Of a stretch of DNA of 64,000 nt, positions 41,977 to 54,200 are shown piece by piece. The position numbers and the translations under genes were made by a program. How positions within the stretch are numbered: the stretch's first letter is position 1; each line of letters starts with the position of its first letter. Origin of the DNA: Trichoplax adhaerens (lineage: Eukaryota; Animalia; Placozoa); the NCBI RefSeq assembly GCF_000150275.1, contig NW_002060949.1, forward strand, positions 5,017,006 through 5,081,005, written 5' to 3'. The notes under the pieces were generated by a model. That model made no database searches, was not told where the DNA came from, and saw only the letters and a list, made by a program, of their open reading frames with translations.

Positions 41977-44900
41977 ATGAATTTTAAAATATCACTCCTC
42001 TTCGGTTGCATCATCTTGAATACGTTGCATATTAGTGACTGCCATGGCTATAACCAAGCTGATACAAAGGTAATTCTTGATGGGAAATATAAAAACTATC
42101 TTTCATTTAAATGCTATAAGATTAGACGGTAGTAATTATCAAAATTTGTTTTACACCGTCTAACATAACCGGATGATTATACAGTATTGAAATTTAAATC
42201 AAGTTTGCATCTTTTGCTGTCATAAAGTCATTTCTTTCTAATATGCGCGTATAGAAATATGTCGTCAATTTTAGAGAATATCTATGAGACTATTAGGCAA
42301 TCGAGATGATTTAATTTTCCATTTAATATCTTTACTTTATCGTTTCTTCTAAAATGTCTAATAAATGCTCGGGTTAATTTCATTGTATATTTCAATCCGC
42401 TCACAATGAAGATGGTAAATTTCAAATAACAACCGTCATGTGCTTGGTTAAAATAATCAGCACATTAGCAAAAGTATGCTTTGAAATAAATCACTTATTT
42501 CCTAAGATAATCCTGTTTGAATCAACGTCAAAAATGAAAAAATTTACATAATTGATATATTCCGACTTGGATAAGTTGTTCATCCTTACAGTCTCATTCA
42601 GTGTGTCTACCACGTTGCAAAAACCTTCATAATTAATGACTTTTCCAAAATGTACTGCAGGCCTATAGAAAGAAACTAATTTGAGCTCGTCATGAATAGT
42701 GCATTAAAATGCAATTGTATTGTACTCCATCATAATAGCAAATGACAACCTCGCTAGGTGTTACTGTCTTGATAAAGGTAATTTATTAATTTTAGGAAAA
42801 TGCTTAATCCTATTCTGACATCTCCCTATCTTATGTTAGCAGATTCTTTTTTATTTCCATCATCTATGTATTTTCATTTCTAAACATATTAGAGATATCT
42901 TAAAATTTGTGTAATATCGTAAAATTTGTTTCAATTCCAGCGTCCTAGAGTTTTGTAGTTGATTTATATCTTATATTTAGCTGTTGCCATGAATAGAGAA
43001 GTCCTTGACTAAGGAAATCTATTGTGTGCTTCTATTTCTAATTTCCAATATCGAATTTTTTATATGGTTACCCTAAGAAATACATGAATGTTACCAAAGT
43101 GTATTCTTGTGATAAAAATATGCCGGAGATATTTCTTGACCTTCTATCTCGAACTACTTATCAAGATCACTTCTCTATGACAACTATGAACTTCTTCCTA
43201 AAGCTTTGCTACAGAAACTCTATAGACCGTCTCCTTACCCATAAATGATAAAATAAGCTCTCTTTATCGTAAAAAGTAATTCGCTTTTATACCTTCTGTC
43301 TATATTCACGAGCGCCTTCAGTTTATAAAAATAGAAATAGTAACCAATGATATTGCTATCGTTTATTCTTATATCTAAATTTGTATAACTTTGTGCTCTA
43401 CTTTAAATATACTCTAAGAGCACACATAGAATACGAGATCAGTCATGATCAGAACAAAATCTGACCTTTGAGCCTCTATAAATTAGGAATCGAACTAATT
43501 CACTTGCTATTATAGGAAAATGAATTAGTTTTACAATTCTATAACTCTAATAACAAGCTGTCTGCTCTACAATAATTAATACCATAAATTGACACTTCAC
43601 GGCGATCTTTAACACCGTGACACTGAAATCTTAATATCCTTTTCAGCCTAGGCCTATTTACTTACTGGTATATTTTTAGCATATTTCTTACCATCACACG
43701 TGTACAGTTGATCACATAAAACGAGAAGTTATAGTCACAAATTTAAATTCGTAAAAGTTAATGATATGCAAATGAGATTTGACGTTAAATAATATTATGA
43801 ATTTAATAGCTTTCTGGCTTTACTCTTCCGTAGCCACCCCCTAATTATAATGAGCAAAAACTAGAATTCAATAAATTCCGAAATAGCCTGGAGTTTTTCC
43901 ACATTAAGAAATGATAATTTATCGATCAAACATTAAACTCCTGTACACACGTAGAAGTAAGAAGAACTATACATTATAGCAACATCTACCATAATATCCC
44001 AGCGAGGGGTGGTAACAATTGCATCCCAAGCTGTTATAGGGTAGACAATGAAGTGGAACGACTTCTACTAATTTATTTTAAAATTTGTTTTCAAGGAATA
44101 TAGCCGTATAATCTAGTAGTTTAGCTTGTAAAATAGACCTATTATAATTATCTGAATAAATGTATGTATACTGTTATTACAAATCAAAAATTTTATAACG
44201 ACGACGAAATATAAAACTAAAACAGATAATAAATACTAGTCTACTGCAAGATTATCCACTCCGACATTGACCTGTAGTACAATTCTAAACACTGACGATA
44301 GTAACACCGCTAGTGTCTCTCAGACAAAACTGAACCTAGACTTTGTTAAATAATCTGCTAATTTATAGTACAATGGCATAACATCAGTACTTAGATAATG
44401 TTATAAAATGTTGCAAATATCTATTAAAAATAAGTAAGAGGTCATAGATTAATTAATACCAACACACTCCTAGATAAAGTCATCCTATGAAAACTAAGTT
44501 ACGACCACTATATTAAAGTTACTTCGCAGCAACTGTACATATTAATATCAATTTATTTGTCTTTTCTATCCCCTTCGATGAATATTTACCTAATATGAAA
44601 CGAGCAATAAAGTTCGAAATATGTATACTTTATCATTCTGATTTTTGATAGAGATGGCAATATTAGAAAGCTTCAATTAACTTTTGCTACGATTAGCCTT
44701 GCAACCTTCAAATTATAGCTCTGGCCAAAGTTTAAAAATATAAATTCATCGAGAAGAATTTGACAGCTACGCGCTACTGTCTATATATTATATTTTGCTG
44801 CATAGATAGAGTCCATACTTTAGTAAGTTACCAAAATTGTACCTTAGAATAATATCACATGACAAGCTTTGAATTCACTTACCCATAATTAAATTTATAT

Positions 44901-47136
44901 GCATTTAAGGATGTAAATGATGAACTTATGTCGCTATCCATTTTCTATTCGCAAGACTATTATATTTATAAAATAACCTCATATACGTATTGTATAATTT
45001 AACGCCATTTGATTCATTTACTTACGAACCATTAACTTGTGCTAATTTAAATTTTTGACATAATGCATGCCTCTACGCTACGACGATATTAACTGTGGTT
45101 TCGATAGAGTATTCCTACAAAATACGTTAATCTATACTGTTTCATTAAGACTAATATTCGGTAAATCGTATAACTATCTTGAAAATGAATTGGATTGGAT
45201 ATTAATTATTAATCTATTACTCAAGAACAAGTCCACTAGTCTCCTGTATTACAATGGCGAAGATAAGAAGTCAATTATATAGAGCCCATTATATCGTATC
45301 GCCTTGTAAAGATGATAGAGACTAGACTAAACATTTGTTCTACCGTGTGAATGTAATATTATGAAGATCAAATTGTCTAGACGATGTTAAGAGCAGAGAT
45401 CATACTATATAGTGAAACAGCAGCCTAAGTTTAAAAACTTAATGGCCACGATATTTGATCAATAATTTGATAATGATGGATATTAACTGTCGAGGTTAAC
45501 TTTTGCAACGAAATGCTGTCATCATTTAAATTGTTTATTTAATCTATATCGTATCCTATGGAAATAAGATGTTTAAAAAATATTTTTAATAGGCTGTCAA
45601 CGTTCTACTTTTAAAAGTATTGAAATTTTTAAAATGCAATGCAGTTCCTTATCATAATAATTTCGTAACGTCTAAAATTTTATGGCGATTCAATGTTATA
45701 AAGGAATAACTAATTTACATATTTATTAGCTTGATAGGGTCAAGCGTGCAAACATGCAAGTTCATGTCTTTAGTAATATCGATTCTTGCTCCACCTTGGA
45801 CATCAGAACCAGCCAATTCTGTGGTTCTACCTTTCAAACACCAACTGTAGCGAGTAAATTTCAAACTTTGCAATTTCATACTCATGCAAATGCCTTTGAT
45901 CGTCTGCCATCGTTATCAAACAGCTGCAAAAATGCTATTAAAAAGGTTTTATGTAGATTTAGCTTCCCTCAATGTGTTCCAACTAACAAAACTGTTATTT
46001 GGTATAATACTGCTAGTGTATGCAGCCAAATGAATTCGATTTGTGGTAAAGCTGCACTTAATTTTACTTATATGTGTGCAAGATCACCTAAAATTGAAAG
46101 TTTGACCACTTGTGTATCACCACCCAGAATGAATATGACAGCTGGTAGACCTACTGGTGGGCCTACTAGTGGACAACCAAGGTGTCCAACACTACCACCT
46201 AATATTAAATTTCCCAAATGGATTTTAAGTGTTCTATCTAATCGACGTTTGCGCAGTGCAATGTCCATTAAAGCAAGTATAGGTGGATTTAATAATATAT
46301 CAAATCAATGCATCCAGCGAAGTGTTGATGCAGTTTGTAGATCTGTTCCATATTGTTCACCTGATGGTACGAAATTGCTTCTAAGCATGAATGAAAAAAC
46401 TTGCGAATCAAGAACTAATTGGTAAATATAGCATATAAAGTGCATATTATATGAGTAGTTTATGTCATGTTTTTCTTTTTTTTATGTAATTTGCAATGAC
46501 TTATTGCTCTAGTAAACAACATAATTCTTAACGCATTCATAAAGATAGAAGTAACAATTTGCATACTCAAACTATACGTATACTTTAATATTTTAGGCCA
46601 TTTTAGATGTAAAGAAGCAGTAAAATAATAAAAGTAGTCATTTTTAGCCGAATAATTATTAGATTAATTATAATTTTATTCCCTCTCTTATAAGTTAATA
46701 ATCATTAGTAACGATTTATAGTGCTAGGCAAGCAATATATTTTAGATACAATTTTAGATACAATCACGAAAAAAGTTATAACAAGTCGCATAGGATTAGC
46801 TTAGATTAAAAAAGCCGTAGACCTATCATAACTTGTCTAATTTCAATTTCTTGCTCATTTTTGACGCAAAAAATAGCAAACAATGATATCAGCCAATTGA
46901 TACAAATAGTAATCAGATTAATAGTAATTTTATTCGCCTCTAGCTTACCTACCAAAGGTAAAGAAATGTTAAACTACATCATGGGATGTTCCGGCTTTCC
47001 TGCAGAAAATAGCCAACAAATATCCATTCAAAATACTCAAGGCTACAGTGGCTCTGACGTCAACTCTGCTCAAAGGATAATATTGACTCTTAATTGTTTG
47101 CTATACATGATTATCGTCGTGTTTATGTTGGTTTAA
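41977..47136 (+). CDS. Secreted, probably GPI-anchored protein with two tandem 8-Cys Frizzled/Smoothened-like CRDs, paralog B (~325 aa)
   Basis: Exon 1 (41977-42069) is MNFKISLLFGCIILNTLHISDCHGYNQADTK. Exon 2 (45730-46421) begins LDRVKR and contains CKNAIKKVLCRFSFPQC, CSQMNSIC and CIQRSVDAVCRSVPYC. Exon 3 (46944-47136) has CSGFP, VNSAQR and a hydrophobic tail with no cytoplasmic residues. All junctions are GT-AG and in frame. Confidence 0.85.
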
Positions 47137-47423
47137 ATTTACAGTATTATCTAAATAAATAGGAGGTATATGTAATAATAATAGCAGCAATTATGACTGT
47201 ACACTCACAATATCCTTCACCATACTTACTAAAATGATGTAATACATGTCGTGCAAAGTAACCAGATATTGATGTATTCAATCTAGCTATGGTTTTACCT
47301 GTTATCTAGTACGATATCAAGGTAATAAAAAGTTAAGTAGTACTAATCAATGCGCCGTTTACTCCTCATTATTTTTAATTTTATATAGTACAGAATTTAG
47401 TTGGCTTTAATTTACGCAAATTT

Positions 47424-47461
47424 AATAATACCGTACGCACGGTATTACGTACGGTATTATT
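47424..47461. repeat. Perfect 14-bp inverted repeat with 10-nt loop
   Basis: AATAATACCGTACG-cacggtatta-CGTACGGTATTATT. Confidence 0.9.
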
Positions 47462-48283
47462 CTAAATAAAAAATGTTCGACTTTAACCTCCTTTTCCTAC
47501 CAAAGATCTTGTTATACTGTCCATTATCGTACTAAAGAGAATGTAAATTACGTTTGTAAAGGATCTATATTAATCCATGAATTGCTAAGTATTTTAGACT
47601 GCGTACTTGTCTTTCTCAAAAATTAAATTACACAATTATATCAATTTCATAGGCGCGATTAGAATCATACAATCGTGTTCTCACACTTAAATTTGAGGGA
47701 AATATTAACACTCTAATTTTAACAATTAGAGATAAAGAAAAGAATTTGAATATACTTTATACCGACACTTAAAATTTAACTAATGCGTAGAATATGTCGA
47801 TGCAAATGTTTCCATATGCGTATATTGTACCAGTGTGTTATCATAGGATAGTAAGTCTGCATAGACTACGATATATATATATATATTCGTACATCAGTAT
47901 ACAGTAATTACTTTATATCATGCATTCGATTTTCTACCGTCATGTACCAGTTTTATAGTAAATTCTCATAGCAATCGTTGTGAACGAGCATATCACGTAT
48001 CCTTATTTACATGCGCATAGAATAAATCCGTTAGTGAATTCAGATTTACGGTAACATCCAATTCCTTACACAATATAACTACAAATGGAGTTTATAAACT
48101 AATATCAAAATCGCTTTATTCTCCGCAGCACAAAGACATAGTGATAGATTGAACTATCCATTACTGTCTTTATTAACATTTACAGTATCGCTAAGGAATT
48201 GACGCCATTGATTAGTATAATCTTTACAACCCTTTTACAAGTCTAAGAATTCAAAAATTAACAATTAAAACATCAATTTGCCA

Positions 48284-51200
48284 TCAGCCGCTAATCAGCA
48301 GATCGGGAAAGTTCTCATCCATTCGGCTTTGGCTAGCAACATTTTGTAAAACTTTCTTATAGCTATCTGTTAATGCTGCACTTGTTGCAGTGTCGAGGGT
48401 TGCAAGACATTTCTATTCGACATCGAAATATATCTCAATCAGTTAATTGCAAATTTACCAAGTAAACACGATGTACTGTACACTGGTACGTAAACGCATA
48501 TATGTATATTAGTACATACGCGTACTTGTACCAGCATGATCCAGCTGTGTATCATTCTTACCTGATAAAGCTCATTTCCATTTCTTAAATCTAAAAGGAC
48601 GGCCAAACACCTTTCCGAAGCTAATTTTATAGGCGTATTCTTTTCTTTTGCATTATTCAACAAAAGCGGAATCAATTTCGCTCGTGATGATACATTTAGG
48701 GTATCTGAATTACCACTAAATAATACATGCAAAGTATGCGTAGTGACTAATTTAACATCGTTCGATTTACTTCGTAATGCCTAAAATAATATAAAAAGGA
48801 ATGTTAAATTTAAAGAGTATTTAGATCAACATTCATATACTGTACAAGTGTACGTACAAAGCGAGTTTAAAAAGTTTGACATTTTTACATACTTCGATTA
48901 ACGCTGATATTAGAGGGAGTGGAGGATTTTCCGATGTATACAGTCGTAGCATACATCCTATTGACTGCACGCCAGCACAGCAGATAGGAATCTGACAATA
49001 CCAAGAAACTATTAACAACGACTCTAACTATATATCACTATTTCATGGGCAATTACCCTATCTGCACATGCTTGAGCCGTGATGGTCTTGATAATTTCAT
49101 TCTTCATATCTACTTTAACAAGCTGATTCATAGCCTTATGTAGACTGCAAGTCAGTGCCATAGCCAATCCATGCCTGTTAACCCATTCCTGATTTTCTCC
49201 ATCAGCTATACCAATAGCAATTATTTCAGCGTTAGCTAAAGTTATTGGAAGCTCTAAGATTAGAGGCCATCATTGGCCTACTATTATTATCAAAACAAAT
49301 AAGTTTTTACCAACAAATTCTGTAACGATATCCTTTAGCTCATTTTCGGGAATAACGTTACAAAACGAGCTAATACATTTTGCAGCCTCTTCTCGAAGTT
49401 CTTCCTGTTATAATAGGATATCGATCAAGAACAAATTGCATAGTTAACTTGAAAGCTAACGTAAATTTCGGTGTACTGTAATAATACCTCGCTAGAAGCA
49501 AGCAGTAGGAGTAACGTTGCAATAATAGGTTTACGAGTGTCTTCTTTAATTTTTCCTCCAACAACATCGGTAACGCCCGATAAAGCACCCAACATCGACA
49601 CCCTACATTATATTTAAATCAGATGTTATTTACTTTTGCTTAAATGAATACAGTTTCGTAAATCCTAAGTAACCTAATAGCAATATCTTCAACACTTTTA
49701 ATCCCCTTATGAAGCTCGGTAAACAATAAGTCCGCACGAGAATGATATTTAATCGCAAGTTTCAGAGCTTTGCTTGCTTCGTCTCTTACTGCACGATTGG
49801 CGTCATTAAGCGCTTTTCTAAACGTCGTTTGTAATTGTGGTACGAATTGTTTAAGGTTGGCGCCGACCTTTTATAATATAAGCAATAACAGGCAATTATA
49901 AAAAGTAATAATATAAATAGCGACAATATTATCTATTTACGAAAGAAAAAATTTTGTCTTGCCTTTTCCAGTAAGATAACAATCGTATGAAGTATAGCAA
50001 CACGAACATTACCATTAAATGTATCTCCTAAAATTCTAATCAGAGGGCCAGTCATATTGACAACATTTGGCTTTAAAGCCGCTACACTTGTTAACTCAAT
50101 CAACTCTCCTAAACCAGTCGCGGCTTCTTCTTTAATCTCGGAACTTCTACCCAAGATACCTTCACGGTAAAACGCAAATAAAGGCACTATTCCCTTTATT
50201 AAGAAAAAAATTCCTAAGCTAGGTTGTATCATTTAACCCTTTAAGATATTGCAGATAAAAACCTTTTTAGGTAAGCATAACCCGGGAAGTTCACCATCCT
50301 TTACGTCGTCTCTTACAAATCGTACTGCTTGCCTGAGATGCTCAACTTGTTGGATCATTTCAACCCCTGATAATCTCTACAAACAGAAGAAAAATTGCAG
50401 CTTGATTATTGCGATTATGATGATTGCTAAATGTTGTCTGCAATTTGGATAAAAACCTTTGAAATAACATTTAGAATATTCCAAGCAAGGCACAAAACAT
50501 CATTATCGGAATCGTTAAGCATTCGAATGAGAGTGCGTAAAATTAAATCCATCTGAGAAACATAATCGGCAGTGGATTCGCTAAAGAATGGATGCAATAA
50601 GCCTAAGGCAGTCTGGGAATATAAATGATAATGTAATAATTATAATAAGACTTCGCGAAAATGCTGTATAAATAACAATTATCATGCTTCATTATACCCT
50701 TCGCATGTCAACATCTGATGACTTTGCTAACTCAAAGAGTTCTTCCAATACAACTCTAACAGTCGTTTCATCACTTATTGAGACAACTAACGTCATACAA
50801 GCTTCATAGCTCTATCAAACGCAAGTACAATTTAAGCTTAATAGCAAATTTTATCACGATTAGATCTAAACTATCTATGAGTATACTACAAACTGAACCT
50901 CTTTTTCCTTTTCATTATCTCTTGTATACCCTTTGATAACACTTAGCAAGGCAGGTATTACTTGATTCGCATATAACGATAACTCTTCACCGGCAACTGA
51001 AGCAACGTAGGCAAGAGCTCTTACTTGGATTGGTTCTCTAGCAAGCTATTATGCAAGTGAACAAAAATCAGCATATTTCTTATGCTTTAGAAATCTTGTA
51101 TACCATATAGATAACATTCTAACAATATTTTACTTTCACTATGATTACCTTTGGCACTAAGAACGGCAATGTAGTACTACTTTTAACCAATACTACTTGT

Positions 51201-54200
51201 TTTAACCCATCAAGTGCATTTTCTACCATATTCTTATCATCACTATCGATTTCATTTAAAAGAACGGTCAAGATTTCATCAAAAGCAACATCGCCTGTGG
51301 AAAATGAATTTTTAGTTTAGTCAATCATAATTAAAGATAGAAATAAAATTTCTGTTAGAAAAACTACGCACCAGTTCTGTCATGAAGATTGTGAAAAGAT
51401 TTAGCCGCAGCCACTCTAACATCCTGTATATCATCGCATAATACTTTACGAATAACTGCCACCAAGGCATCAATAAATTGCAAAACCTATACGGTAGCAA
51501 ATCCAGTTTTAAACATTTCTCAATCAATATGATACCATAGTTAACTACAAACAAGTAGGATAAAGTAGGAGATAGTTACTTGTTCTCTACTTATGCATGA
51601 GATGATTGCACCCAATCCAATACATGTGCCTTTTCTTCTAATAACGTCATCATCTTCAATTCCTTGTTCTAGAATTGGAATCATCTCTGGTAAGACCCGG
51701 TCTCCTAATTTTGTTACTAAATCTGTTAAGCTAGCAGTGGCCATCTGCAAGTAAAGATATTCAAATATTAACTTATGAAGCGCATTTTAAATGAGTGTAA
51801 ACTGCTACAGCTACGCACATGTCTCATATCCAAGCTAGAGCTAGCAAGACAACCAATAAGCTTCACAAATAGGTTAGGCAGCATTTCGCGTAAAGCCTTC
51901 GGCGTATTGATAACAATAACTTTCCATACGTGCATAGCAGCTTGTCGAACCAAGTGCGCAGCATCTGATCTACACATATAGAGACCAGAAAGTACTCGAT
52001 CGCGACGTCCTCGACCTAATGCACCTAAAATCGACTACGTCAACAATCATAACATTTATTAATAAAAGTCGAAAAAACTGTACTGAGCGTAAAATAATTT
52101 AAGACGAATACAACCTGCATCGAATTTTCTGTACCAAAGTTTTCTTCTTCTTTACCTTCTGTACTCATTTTACCAGTAACGCCAGATAAATGGAAAAGTA
52201 AATCACCGCACAATTGTACAGAACTAAAACGGATGCGCCAATTATCATCAAGCAATCCAGCTTCAAGTTGAGGTAGAAATAATGATATGGCAGTTTTAGA
52301 GTATAAACTAATAATTAGTTGAGCTGCCCGGAGAGAAGTATCTCTTACATATTCTGTTTCATCAGCTAGACCCTAAGAGAAAAGCCGTTGTTGTACTAAT
52401 TAGTGTTTTATCACTAATATTGCCATTACCAAGAACTATAGCATAACAGCACCATTACCATGGAGGATAAATTTTACCTGTAGTACGCTAGGTATGATAC
52501 TACCAATAAATGGAGAGAAATCATCTTTAAATGTCATTGGTAAATAAATAAAGAGCATCAAGTATCCATCTCTGACATTTGGTGGCACATCTCTTCGTTG
52601 AGTCGTTGCAATTATATCAGGGAGTAGTTTTTCAAGTCTCTCCAAGCCCAATCCGTATACAACTTCGCTTAGACCTATCGAAAATCCAATGAACGTTACG
52701 CTTTACATAATATTCTAAAAAACTATGTTAATACTGTATTAATGCACTAGAGTTATTGATATTTGCTATACCTTGAGCCGCTCCAGATCTATCTACAGTA
52801 CTGGTATCAGTTACTAATTTATCCAATAACCAAGGCAATAAATCCTGAAAGGGTTGTTCTCCCATCCCTTTCACAAGAACTCCAAGTGCTTTAGAAGAAA
52901 CGTGTCTCACCTACAATTTTAAGTCATACATTAAAGTATCAGGACTAAACTTATAACATAAAAATTTAATATTCCATAAAAAACGTAAACTACATTAGGC
53001 ATCGGGTCCAAAAGAGCTTGCTTTAAACCAGGTACAATCGAAGGTAAGTACGGCGCTAAATCCTATAATAAAATAATTACTTCTTACTTCTTAATTTTAC
53101 TAACGGCTTTTACTTTCGTAAGGTCATTACTAATCATAACTAATCAATCTTAATCACTATTAATCATTACTTTCATATCAGTTAATGTAAACATATTGCC
53201 AATAATTTGAGATGCCATCTTCTTCGTCTCAGATGATCGTTGCTGCAATGCTCTATGGATAACTGGCATAATGAGGGCTAAAGATGGTGCATCAATAAAG
53301 TGCACGAAAGATGTTGACAGTAATGTTTGCAAGCAAGTTGCCGTATGAATAGTCGGCTCACTGAGAGCATCAATTAGAATCGATGATATATCTACAAATA
53401 CAACATTGGTTGTCATTAAAGTTATTAATAAAATGTTTATAAGGATAAAAGAGATAATAACGTCATTTGTAAAGTTACTTTGTATTTCAGGATTTTTAAT
53501 AACGGAAGCAATCTGCTTCAGCGCATGTAAGCCAGCATGTTGTACTTTAGCATGTGAATCGCCTAAAATATCTACAAGGTTAGGCACTATATTTGGAAGG
53601 CATGATGATAACTGCTTAGGAGCACAGTGAGCCATAGCTCCGAGTAGTTCTACACTACCAGTTTTAGTTCGCCAAGAATCTTCTTTTAGAGCATCCAACA
53701 ATGATGGAAAAATCAGTTTAACACCATGAGCACTTAATTTCTGCATGATTACTTTTGCTGCATCCTCTGTTGCCTAAGTTAATTTTAATTTTAATACTGT
53801 TTAACTTAACATCATCGTGCCGATCTTAATCGATAATTAAGGAAATCTATTGATGATTTTAAAACCAAGAAATTTACCTCTCTAACGTATTGGTTTCCAT
53901 CGCCGAAGCAAGTTAATAAATGAGGTAAAATTACTACGATATACGGCTCGAATATTCTACCAAGCAAAGAGAATAATATCTCCAAAGCAAATAATGACCC
54001 TTCCGAAATACCGTACAAAAATATTTTAAAAGCAAATAAAACATAGTTCATATTTGAATATTATATGAAATCCACAGTATTAAAACCTTCTCTTCGTTTA
54101 TAGTTTTTCTTATCTTGTATAGCTTCTTCCAGTGCCGACATAATGTTTAATTGTTTCAATGATAATATTCCAAGACCTTTCACAATACCCGCCAGTCCGT

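Noticed and set aside
43084-43250. 54-codon ORF inside intron 1 of CRD-B
   Set aside because: No recognisable motif, signal peptide or partner exons, so a nested gene cannot be supported.
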